A stretch of 63,033 nt of DNA. Origin: an uncultured Planctomycetales bacterium (GTDB taxonomy: Bacteria; Omnitrophota; Gorgyraeia; Zapsychrales; Fredricksoniimonadaceae). Where the stretch lies: assembly GCA_964438075.1 (NCBI GenBank), contig CAYTIW010000003.1:16734-79766 (forward strand). Direction: 5' to 3'. This document shows, piece by piece, positions 16,947-25,338 of this stretch; positions within the stretch are counted from its first letter, which is position 1; every line of letters begins with the position of its first letter. The notes beneath the pieces are model-generated. The model did no database searches. It saw nothing but the letters and a program-made list of their open reading frames with translations, and had not been told where the DNA came from. A program made the translations under genes and the position numbers.

Positions 16947-17777
16947 ATGGGTACTGTCAAGAATATAGGCATGAAATACATGGAACAGGTCACGCACTGG
17001 CGCGTAACCATTTTCGTGCTTCTTTGTTGGGGATATGTTTATATCCATGTTTATTCCTTTCCCTTGTTCATTTTCACCTGGCCTTTTTTCCTGGCGCTGG
17101 GTATCGCCTCCATCCGTCTTTTTATATGGGGCAGACATATTACTTATCAACAAACCCTCAAGGATTTCGATAGCCTTAAGAAGGGCGATATCATTCTCAT
17201 CGGCAATCAAAGCGTTAACGAGGAATGGTACCTCCAGATGTCGAATGTGCTTTCGCATCCGGTCAAGGACCGTTTCTGGACCCATGCCGCTATTTATCAG
17301 GGTGACAACCGGATCTGGGAGGCGCTGCCGAGCGGCATCAAGGACACGGACCTCAACTCTTACCTTCGTGAGGGCTACCTTTTGCGCGCTTTACGCCATC
17401 GCATGATCACGGATGATTCCGTATTTGAAGATATATTCACATTCTGCCGCAAACAGATGCTCAACGAGCGCCGGTTCGAAATGGCCGGCAGTTGGTACTA
17501 TCTTTTCGCCACCGTGACCCCGATAGGTTTCAATTATTTGTTCAACAATCCTTTGGTCGACCGGATATGCAAAGTGGAGAACGCGTATTTTTGTTCCGAG
17601 TTGCTGGTGGACGCTTTTAAGCTGGTAGGCTATCCGATCTCGGCTTATGACGGCTGGCGCGTAAAGCCCGCGGATTTCATCGGCAATCCCATGTTCGAGG
17701 ATGTCCGGAAGCTGACGCCGGCGGAACTGGCCGCCAAGGCATTGGGCTTGGAAGAAATGCCTAAGCAGGAAGTTTGA
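16947..17777 (+). CDS. Membrane-anchored permuted papain-like (YiiX/YaeF, NlpC/P60-superfamily) hydrolase
   Basis: Two N-terminal TM helices. These are followed by LKKGDIILIG..., a His-containing WTHAAIYQG..IWEALPSG and a later Cys-containing AYFCSELLVDAF. His comes before Cys, which is the permuted order of this family. Confidence 0.55.
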   Translation: MGTVKNIGMKYMEQVTHWRVTIFVLLCWGYVYIHVYSFPLFIFTWPFFLALGIASIRLFIWGRHITYQQTLKDFDSLKKGDIILIGNQSVNEEWYLQMSNVLSHPVKDRFWTHAAIYQGDNRIWEALPSGIKDTDLNSYLREGYLLRALRHRMITDDSVFEDIFTFCRKQMLNERRFEMAGSWYYLFATVTPIGFNYLFNNPLVDRICKVENAYFCSELLVDAFKLVGYPISAYDGWRVKPADFIGNPMFEDVRKLTPAELAAKALGLEEMPKQEV

Positions 17778-18124
17778 GCCGGCGGGAGTAGGGCGGCCCC
17801 AGCAGCCTTGCCAGTCGACAGGACGGCTTCGGGCATTCCTTACAGCAACTTTGGACCGCCGCGTTTTTATCCGCCTTCGCAGAAGACCACGGGCTTGCCC
17901 GTGGGGCTCCATTTCAGTCAACAGATCAAACTCCCGCCTGAGAACAACGCCACGCCTTGATCATGCTTATCTCTTTGCATATTTAATCCTATCCTTCAGT
18001 TGTCAGCCATACCTCCGGCCGGTGCAGCGGCCAAAGATATAAAAAGGAAGAAAATACGTGCAGACAGGGCACATGATTAATATTAAAATACTTTAAATAG
18101 AAGATCACAGCAGAGGGGCAGGAT

Positions 18125-18937
18125 ATGAGGACGTTAAGACTATCTTTAATATTATCGCTGTGGATGCTTTTGCCCGGTGTCTCTTCAGCGGATATTCTTT
18201 TCCTTAAGAACGGACACCAGCTGGAAGGTTTGGTGGGACGGGAAGAAGGGGATGTCCTGGAGTTCTTGGTCTCGGGGGGGGCCATAGTTTTCAACCAGGC
18301 GGAGATATTGCGCATCGAGCGTTCCTCCGAGGCTGAATCGGTCCGTATCCGGGATAAATGGGAGCAGGACAGGATGGCCAGCGCGAAGACCCAGGTTCAG
18401 GTGGATGAGCTCAGGAAAAAGGAGTTCGCCTATTGGAAGGCGAAGAAAGCCATCGAGGCCGAGCGGCGTCGGGAAGAAGAAGAAAGACTGCGCCAGCTGG
18501 GCGACAATACCAGGATAATACCTCTGGCCACGGATGACGCGGGACATCTTTTTGTCGAAGCCGTTGTGAACGATCAGCTTTCCGGTACTTTTGTCATTGA
18601 CACCGGATCGCCCACGACACTCCTTACCGCAGAAGCGGCCCGCCGGCTGGGCATGGACCCCAGCCGGATGCGCTCTGTGGGGCAGGTGATGGTGCTTAAT
18701 GGTAATTACGACGTGGGGCTGGCGACACTGGAGAGCATCGCCTTGGGAGGGCTGAAGGTCACGTCGGTAGAGGCTTACGTGCTCAAGGATGAGAACCCCG
18801 AAGTCGTCAAAACTATCAAGGGCGGCCTCTTGGGGATGTCTTTTCTGAGCCGATTCCATTTCGCGGTGAACCGTACGAAGAAAGAAATGCTTCTGTTCAA
18901 GGACGATTCTGAGCCGTCATCGGGCGCAGCTCGTTGA
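18125..18937 (+). CDS. Secreted retropepsin-like (clan AA) aspartic protease
   Basis: Signal peptide, a charged coiled segment (ERRREEEERLRQ), then HLFVEAVVNDQLSGTFVIDTGSPTTLLTAEAARRLG carrying the D-T-G catalytic motif. Confidence 0.7.
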   Translation: MRTLRLSLILSLWMLLPGVSSADILFLKNGHQLEGLVGREEGDVLEFLVSGGAIVFNQAEILRIERSSEAESVRIRDKWEQDRMASAKTQVQVDELRKKEFAYWKAKKAIEAERRREEEERLRQLGDNTRIIPLATDDAGHLFVEAVVNDQLSGTFVIDTGSPTTLLTAEAARRLGMDPSRMRSVGQVMVLNGNYDVGLATLESIALGGLKVTSVEAYVLKDENPEVVKTIKGGLLGMSFLSRFHFAVNRTKKEMLLFKDDSEPSSGAAR

Positions 18938-18967
18938 GGTGTCCAACAGCCGGGTCTGCGGTGTAGG

Positions 18968-20119
18968 ATGAAAAATATCGATCTGATCGTTACTTCGACC
19001 TTCGGCCTGGAAGCCGTGGTCAGGCGCGAGCTTGAAGCCCTGGGTTTCAGCGATACCGCCTGCTCTGACGGCAAGATAGAGTTCCCGGCCCGGCTCGAAG
19101 ACATCCCGCGTCTTAATATAAATCTGCGTACTGCGGACCGGGTGCTGCTGAAACTCGGCGAGTTCACCGCCACCGATTTTGGCGAGTTGTTCGACCGCAC
19201 ACGGGTGATCCCATGGGAGGACTGGATCGCCAAAGACGGCAAGATCACGGTCATCGGGAAGTGTGTGCGCTCGCGGCTGGCCAGTATCCGTTCCTGCCAG
19301 TCGATCGTCAAAAAGGCGATAGTGGAAAGGCTCAAGGAAAAATTCCAGACCGGATGGCTGGAGGAGAGCGGAGCCGAATTCACGGTCCAGGTGGCCCTCC
19401 TGAAAGATGTAGCGCAGATAACCATAGACACATCGGGGAACGGCCTCCACAAACGCGGTTACCGCACAGAAAAGGGCGAAGTCCCGCTCCGGGAGAACCT
19501 GGCCGCAGCGCTGGTGTTGCTGAGTTTCTGGGACCGCGGACGGGTCCTGGTCGACCCCATGTGCGGCGCAGGCACCATACTTATCGAGGCTGCCCTTATC
19601 GGCCGTAATATAGCTCCGGGGTTAGAACGGGAATTTGCCGCCGAGAAGTGGCCGGCCATCGGCCCGCTGGTCTGGAGCGAGGCCAGGAGGGATGCCCGGG
19701 ACGCTATACGGCCCGAAGGCACGCTCAAGCTCTTCGGTTCGGATATAGACCAGGAAAGGATACGCGACTCACGGCAGAACGCCAGCCAGGCCGGGGTGGA
19801 AAAGGATATCGTATTCGAACGCAGAGACATCAAGGACCTGCAGCCGGCCGGGGAATACGGGATCGTTATTACCAACCCGCCCTACGGAATGAAGTTGGGC
19901 AGCCTTTCCGAGCTGGGCGGGATCTACTCTGTTCTCAACCAGTTGTTCCAGGAGCGCAAGGGGTGGTCCGTATACGTTCTGACCGCGGACAAGAAATTTC
20001 CGGGGACTTTTCAGCGCGCCAGGCCTGATAAGGTCCGCAAGCTTTTTAACGGCACGATAGAGGTCAATTATTATCAATACTACGGGCAGCGCCCTCCGAA
20101 GGAAGCGGCTGTTCATTAA
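18968..20119 (+). CDS. THUMP-domain class I SAM-dependent RNA methyltransferase (UPF0020 / RlmL-N-like)
   Basis: An N-terminal ferredoxin-like/THUMP region, the SAM-binding motif VDPMCGAGTILIEAA, and the catalytic ITNPPYG. Confidence 0.8.
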   Translation: MKNIDLIVTSTFGLEAVVRRELEALGFSDTACSDGKIEFPARLEDIPRLNINLRTADRVLLKLGEFTATDFGELFDRTRVIPWEDWIAKDGKITVIGKCVRSRLASIRSCQSIVKKAIVERLKEKFQTGWLEESGAEFTVQVALLKDVAQITIDTSGNGLHKRGYRTEKGEVPLRENLAAALVLLSFWDRGRVLVDPMCGAGTILIEAALIGRNIAPGLEREFAAEKWPAIGPLVWSEARRDARDAIRPEGTLKLFGSDIDQERIRDSRQNASQAGVEKDIVFERRDIKDLQPAGEYGIVITNPPYGMKLGSLSELGGIYSVLNQLFQERKGWSVYVLTADKKFPGTFQRARPDKVRKLFNGTIEVNYYQYYGQRPPKEAAVH

Positions 20120-20338
20120 ACCAACAGAATGATCCGCCGGCACCGGCAAGAGGAAGGGCACTGCAATCGGCGAAATATTGCAGCGAAGGCGACTCTAAGG
20201 TACTATAGTGCGGTGTAAAAAGCCAACTGCGCGGTTATGCAACAGGGACTCGTGCCGTTCTCGCGGAAATTACCGGTGTTTTAATGTATATTGCCGCTGC
20301 CGGCTGAAGGTAAGAAATGGGGAGGAGAGAAAATATCT

Positions 20339-21142
20339 ATGCGGTTAGGACCAATTTCTGGAAAAGAACCCGAAAAAGATATCGTACTGGATAAATTCAA
20401 GGACCAGATATCAAAAGCCGGGCTTTTGATAGATTTTATCGATGATGATGGGCAGGTCCATATTTCTAAAAACGGTCTGGATATAGTGGTGAACCTTGAT
20501 AATACCCGAAAAATGTACGAACGACTGCGGAACGATGCCTGCATAACTGCCCTGGTCGATGTAATAACCGCTGATCCTGATGTATTTTTCAGTTGGGAGA
20601 CCGTCAAGAAAGATGTCTACCTGTCACTCTTTCCGTCGGATTTCGATTTCCAGAACATTGTGAACCAAAAGGTCACGGAAGATTTCAATAAAGTCTATGT
20701 GGTCAAAGGCGGGGGGAGGTTGACGTGGGTAAAAAAGAGCGATCTGGAGGCCTGGAGCCTCACCGAGCAGGAACTGGACAAAGTGGCCGATATAAACGGC
20801 AACAAATTGCTGGAAAGGGCGTCGTTGAGGTTCGATATATTGGACGAGAAGAAGCTGGGGTACTTTGATACGGAGGAAGAAGCCTTTAAAGCCACCCTCC
20901 TGTTCGCGTCCGGTCTAAAGGAGAAAGTAATAAAGGAATTTGGCTGGCCGATATATGCCGTGATCCCGGTAAGGGACTTTTGCTATATATTTTCCGAGGC
21001 AGATTTTGATTATTTCTCGAATGAGCTGGGGGAGGTGGCTTCCAAAGAATACAAGAGATCGGCCAATCCTATCACCAGTGAGTTATTAAAGATATCTGAC
21101 GGCGGAGTCACGGTAGTGAAGAAATACGTAAGGAAGAGATAA
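20339..21142 (+). CDS. Hypothetical protein, possibly DUF1444 (YtpQ-like) family; the gene is AT-rich relative to its neighbours
   Basis: ATG 20339 lies 10 nt after the RBS GGGGAGGAGAG. There is a weak resemblance to YtpQ-type layout (..YAVIPVRDFCYIFSEADF.., ..ANPITSELLKISDGG..). The family call is tentative. Confidence 0.45.
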   Translation: MRLGPISGKEPEKDIVLDKFKDQISKAGLLIDFIDDDGQVHISKNGLDIVVNLDNTRKMYERLRNDACITALVDVITADPDVFFSWETVKKDVYLSLFPSDFDFQNIVNQKVTEDFNKVYVVKGGGRLTWVKKSDLEAWSLTEQELDKVADINGNKLLERASLRFDILDEKKLGYFDTEEEAFKATLLFASGLKEKVIKEFGWPIYAVIPVRDFCYIFSEADFDYFSNELGEVASKEYKRSANPITSELLKISDGGVTVVKKYVRKR

Positions 21143-21269
21143 CCTTACTGCCCTTATATCCCCTATGTAAGCCACGACATCAGAGAGGCAGGATCCGCGT
21201 CAGGCCGACCGGAACGCCTGGCAAAGGCTGTTTTATCAAACTGAGCGGTAACAAGAAAGGCCCGGCTTT

Positions 21270-22220
21270 ATGAAGGCCATTTACGTCAAAGAGTACGGCG
21301 GACGGGACAAGCTGATATCAGGGGAACTTCCTGACCCTCAGCCTCAGGAGGGCGAGGTGCTGGTACGTATCAAGGCGGCCGGGGTGAATCCCGTGGACTG
21401 GAAGATACGGGCCGGATACCTGAAGAGCCGGATGCCAAACGTCTTACCGATCATCCTAGGCTGGGATGTGGCGGGCGTGGTCGAGGAACGGGGGCTGGGG
21501 GCTCGAAAGTTCCAGGCCGGCGACCGGGTCTATGCCTACTGCCGAAAGAACACTATCCACGACGGCACCTACGCGGAATATATCGCGCTCCCGGAATGTT
21601 ATCTGGCCTCGATGCCGGAGGGGTTGAATTTCATGAAGGCCGCCGCCGTCCCGCTGACGGCCTTGACGGCCTATCAGGGCCTGATAGATAAGGCGGCCTT
21701 GAAAAAAGGCGAGACCTGTTTAATTGTCGGAGCCTCCGGCGGAGTGGGCAGCTTCGCTGTCCAGTTCGCCCGTCTGGCCGGGGCCAGGGTCATAGCTGTG
21801 GGGTCACGGAAGAATCATGCCTATCTTCGTTCGCTGGGAGCCAGACATACCATAGACTATGCCAGGGATGACGTTCTTTCCACCTTGAGCGCTATAGTCC
21901 CTTCTGGAGCGGACGTGGTCTTCGATCTTATAGGCGGAGAAAGCCTGCGCCGCTCCTACGATTGTGTCCGCAAAGGCGGAAGGGTCCTGACCATCGTCGA
22001 GCCTGGAGACCAGGCAGCGGCCGCCAGGAGGGGTTTTAAGCTTATTTATCATTTCGTGGAACCGAATGCGCCCCAGCTTGAACTTTTCTCCCGGTGGTTC
22101 GACCAGGGGCGTTTGAAGGTAAATGTTTCGAAAGTTTTTCCGCTGGAGGAAGCGGCGAAAGCCCATGAGCTCATTGAAGGCGGTCACACCCGGGGGAAGA
22201 TCGTATTAAAGGTCGCTTAG
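21270..22220 (+). CDS. NADPH:quinone oxidoreductase / zinc-type alcohol dehydrogenase superfamily (MDR) protein
   Basis: GEVLVRIKAAGVNPVDWKIRAG..., Rossmann motif IVGASGGVGSFAVQFA, and C-terminal ..AHELIEGGHTRGKIVLKV. Confidence 0.85.
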   Translation: MKAIYVKEYGGRDKLISGELPDPQPQEGEVLVRIKAAGVNPVDWKIRAGYLKSRMPNVLPIILGWDVAGVVEERGLGARKFQAGDRVYAYCRKNTIHDGTYAEYIALPECYLASMPEGLNFMKAAAVPLTALTAYQGLIDKAALKKGETCLIVGASGGVGSFAVQFARLAGARVIAVGSRKNHAYLRSLGARHTIDYARDDVLSTLSAIVPSGADVVFDLIGGESLRRSYDCVRKGGRVLTIVEPGDQAAAARRGFKLIYHFVEPNAPQLELFSRWFDQGRLKVNVSKVFPLEEAAKAHELIEGGHTRGKIVLKVA

Positions 22221-22266
22221 GTCCCGACACAGCGGTCCGGGTCTTCGGCATAACAAAGGAGGCCAC

Positions 22267-22593
22267 ATGGTTGAGCTAATGGCTCAGGTCCGGGGATTGG
22301 CAGGTCTGGTCGATTACCAGGATGGAGCTGTCGTCAGCTCGGAGCTGATCAGGAAAAAAGAGGGGACGGTTACGGTCTTCGCTTTCGATAAGGGACAGGG
22401 TCTCAGCGAGCATACGGCGCCTTTCGATGCTCTGGTCTACGTACTGGATGGCAAGGTGGAGATCAGTATAGAGGGACGGCCTTCGATGTTAGAGGCCGGG
22501 GATGTGGTGATAATGCCGGCTAATAAACCGCACGCCCTGACAGCGACCGAACAATTCAAGATGATGCTGGTCATGATCAAGGCGCAAGCCTGA
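22267..22593 (+). CDS. Cupin-domain protein
   Basis: 108 aa with the cupin motifs ..GQGLSEHTAPFDALVYVLDGK.. and ..GDVVIMPANKPHAL... RBS AAGGAGG upstream. Confidence 0.7.
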   Translation: MVELMAQVRGLAGLVDYQDGAVVSSELIRKKEGTVTVFAFDKGQGLSEHTAPFDALVYVLDGKVEISIEGRPSMLEAGDVVIMPANKPHALTATEQFKMMLVMIKAQA

Positions 22594-22649
22594 GTTTAAT
22601 GGGATAGTTTTCAGGTTGTTACCCCCCGACATTTTGCTAGAGGGTGATC

Positions 22650-23159
22650 ATGAGGCCCCGTACGGTGGTCGTACACGACAAAATGCAGAGAGGATACCGG
22701 TACGTACTGACCGAGCCGGAGGGGAAGAATTTCGCTCCTGATTTCAGGCCCCAGCTGACCCCGGCGGAGATGCTCAAGCTGGGCGTCTTCGGGGGCAAAT
22801 ACATGACCGATTGCCGGGACGAATTCCCGGCCGCTTGGTTCCGGGAGGCCAGATTGGATCCGGAACGGCACAACCCGGAACTTAATCTTTTCAAGGTCAA
22901 TGCCAGCCAGCCTTTGTCTTACTGGCTTAACCGGGGTTGGATCTATCCGGAAGACCCCCGGGGATGGTTCCAGTGGTACTGCCGGTATTATATGGGGCGC
23001 CGCATACCGGAAGAAGACCTTCGTCAGGTCAAGCGCTGGCTCGCCATCCGGCGGCATGTCGCCCAGTTGAAGAAATACTGCGCGCCGGGGGATCTGGAGT
23101 GCCGGCCTCGCCAGAGGCAGGCGCTGCTGCACTGGGCCTACGACAGCCGCAAGATGTAA
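22650..23159 (+). CDS. Conserved-looking hypothetical protein (no family recognised)
   Basis: The ORF has coding-like composition and an RBS AGAGGG. A distinctive Trp/Tyr/Arg-rich block reads DPRGWFQWYCRYYMGRR. The start could be GTG 22644 or ATG 22650. Confidence 0.5.
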   Translation: MRPRTVVVHDKMQRGYRYVLTEPEGKNFAPDFRPQLTPAEMLKLGVFGGKYMTDCRDEFPAAWFREARLDPERHNPELNLFKVNASQPLSYWLNRGWIYPEDPRGWFQWYCRYYMGRRIPEEDLRQVKRWLAIRRHVAQLKKYCAPGDLECRPRQRQALLHWAYDSRKM

Positions 23160-23219
23160 AGATACGCCGGTCTTTCTTTAGAAGACGGCATTAGGGGAGA
23201 ACTTTGAGGGGGAACGCCC

Positions 23220-23564
23220 GTGATCAATAATAATGACATCATGAAGAAACTGCGGGTCGCTTTGAAGCTGAGGGACACGGATATTATCCAGATCCTGAAG
23301 CTGGCTGATTTCGAGATATCGGCCCCGGAACTTTCGGCCATTTTCCGCACCGAGGGACATCCTCAATACATGCCCTGCGGCGACCAGATCCTGAGAAGGT
23401 TTTTGGACGGCCTCATCATCCGTAACCGCGGCCCCCGGGGGCCCGCGGGAGTGCCGGCGCCCGGACACGGGCTTGTAAGGAAGCATCGGGCGATCAAGCC
23501 CAGCCGCCCGTGGACCGAGAAAAAGATCGACACTATACGGGTGTACCGTGCACCGGGAGTATAG
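23220..23564 (+). CDS. DUF1456 (YehS-like) family protein
   Basis: The N-terminus NNDIMKKLRVALKLRDTDIIQILKLADFEISAPELSAIFR..GHPQYMPCGDQILRRFLDGLI matches the DUF1456 repeat layout. GTG start with an upstream GAGGGGGA. Confidence 0.6.
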   Translation: MINNNDIMKKLRVALKLRDTDIIQILKLADFEISAPELSAIFRTEGHPQYMPCGDQILRRFLDGLIIRNRGPRGPAGVPAPGHGLVRKHRAIKPSRPWTEKKIDTIRVYRAPGV

Positions 23565-23618
23565 ACGCGCACAGGATCTCCTTTAAGTTTAATAACAACG
23601 GGTCAAGGAGAGGGGGGC

Positions 23619-24449
23619 ATGACGCAGAATAGGGAGAAGGAAGCGGTCTGGGAAAGCTCATTGCAAGAGGTCTCTTTTTTTTCCGGCTCAGCTGTCTTCG
23701 CCCTGTTGATGGCCGTCATCCTGCATGAGCTGGGGCATGCGCTCGCCTTGTATCTGGCCGAAGGGGAGCTCGCTACCATATCCTTTAATCCGTTCGTCGG
23801 CGCGGTGACAAGCTACCAAAACCCCGGGGCCATTCTTTCCACGGCCAGCGCCAGATTTATATCTGCCGGGGGAGTGACATTAGGAAGTGTCCTGGCCTTG
23901 TTGCTGTCCGGTCCGTTCCTTATCCGTTATTTTTCCCTGTGGACAGTCCCGTTGGCCATGGTGGCAGTGGTATCTATGGCCGGTAACGGCATGATGCTTG
24001 TTCTGGGCAGCCTTATGTCCAATGTCGGCGACGTGACCAGGATGGTCGCTCTGGGGATTCCCAGATGGGTACTTATGTTCTGGGGTATATTTTTACTCGT
24101 GCTGGGACTGTTTTTTTTCTTGAGGGTGTCCCCTTATCTTGGGTTAGGATCACGGGTCATTTTCCGCAGACGCTGCTTCATACTGTTGGTCGGCCTCTCG
24201 CCTTATGTTTTATGCGTTCTTTTATATAATTTTTTGTATAATGTTAATAAGATCGGTCTTTATTGCGTCTATGTTTGCGCAGGTTTGGCCTTGGGGGTGG
24301 CCGGGGTCTATGTTGGAGGTCGGTTACAAAGAGGCTGGTCTTTCACCCAAGGAAAGATATCCGGCCCGATAGATGACAAGCACGTACTTTTCGCCAGCAT
24401 CCTGGCCGTGGGAGTTCTTGCCTTACTTATCTGGAAGTGCCGATTTTGA
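23619..24449 (+). CDS. Polytopic membrane protein with an HExxH motif (M50B-like putative metalloprotease)
   Basis: HELGH sits inside the first TM helix (LLMAVILHELGHALALYL), and about 7 further hydrophobic segments follow. Confidence 0.5.
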   Translation: MTQNREKEAVWESSLQEVSFFSGSAVFALLMAVILHELGHALALYLAEGELATISFNPFVGAVTSYQNPGAILSTASARFISAGGVTLGSVLALLLSGPFLIRYFSLWTVPLAMVAVVSMAGNGMMLVLGSLMSNVGDVTRMVALGIPRWVLMFWGIFLLVLGLFFFLRVSPYLGLGSRVIFRRRCFILLVGLSPYVLCVLLYNFLYNVNKIGLYCVYVCAGLALGVAGVYVGGRLQRGWSFTQGKISGPIDDKHVLFASILAVGVLALLIWKCRF

Positions 24450-24556
24450 GGCCTCGGCCACGGTCATTGCGTTCTAAAAACCGCTTGCCCTGCGTGATAA
24501 TATCGATAAAATATCCCCGGATTTTTACCCCGACCTCTGTCTTGTGAAGAAGAGGG

Positions 24557-25240
24557 ATGCCGATGTCATTAAAAATAATTAATATTTATCAAGAATGGTT
24601 GAAGAAGTTCTCTCGACCGGCGGTCAAAGGTCTGCCCAAAGGATCTCCTCACCAGCTTGAAAACAAGGTGAAAGCCCTGCAAACACTTTTTGACAAGCTG
24701 GACACGGCGATCGCGGTCTTTCGAAAACAATTGGACTTGGAATGCCCTGCAGGTTGCGGACATTGTTGTGAGAACGCGCGGGTCGAGACGACCGAACTGG
24801 AGATGCTGCCAATGGCAGCGAATCTGGTACGCTTTGGGTTGGCCGACCTTTATTATCAGGCGGCGGACAAGCTTGATTTCGGCGGTCGCTGCGTTTTTTA
24901 CGAACCTGAAGCCGGGCATCCGGGACGGGGACGTTGTTCGCGTTATGAACTGCGCCCGCTGATCTGCCGGCTGTTCGCCTTTTCCGGGAATACCGATAAG
25001 AACGGCCGGCCGAGGCTGATCGTGTGCGGTAAGATCAAGGACGCCGACCCCCAGCACTCACAGAAGGCGGTAGAACTGGTTGCGTACGGGGAGGTCCGTC
25101 CGCCGATCATGTCGGAATATGTCATGAAGGCGGCGGCGATCGACCCTCAATTGGCGCGCGAACAGCTCCCGATCAATCTGGCCTTCAAACGGGCGGTCGA
25201 CCGGGTCTGGCTTAACCAGAAATTCCAGCGTGTAGGTTAG
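24557..25240 (+). CDS. YkgJ-family (UPF0153) cysteine-cluster protein
   Basis: CPAGCGHCCEN plus downstream Cys residues (..GRCVFY.., ..CSRYELRPLICRLF..) are typical of the Zn/Fe-chelating CxxCxxCC family. Confidence 0.7.
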   Translation: MPMSLKIINIYQEWLKKFSRPAVKGLPKGSPHQLENKVKALQTLFDKLDTAIAVFRKQLDLECPAGCGHCCENARVETTELEMLPMAANLVRFGLADLYYQAADKLDFGGRCVFYEPEAGHPGRGRCSRYELRPLICRLFAFSGNTDKNGRPRLIVCGKIKDADPQHSQKAVELVAYGEVRPPIMSEYVMKAAAIDPQLAREQLPINLAFKRAVDRVWLNQKFQRVG

Positions 25241-25338
25241 CGGAGGGAACTCCTGTTATTTAGATCAGCTGTTGACCGGCGGCCGATATAAATTATGTAA
25301 CTAATATTTCCGGACCATCTTAAAGGATCAGGTGCAAT

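Noticed and set aside
17887-17904. Perfect palindrome CCACGGGC-TT-GCCCGTGG in the 347-nt gap before the retropepsin-like gene
   Set aside because: The 2-nt loop is sterically unfavourable, no T-tract follows and no second copy exists. It is insufficient to call a terminator or operator.
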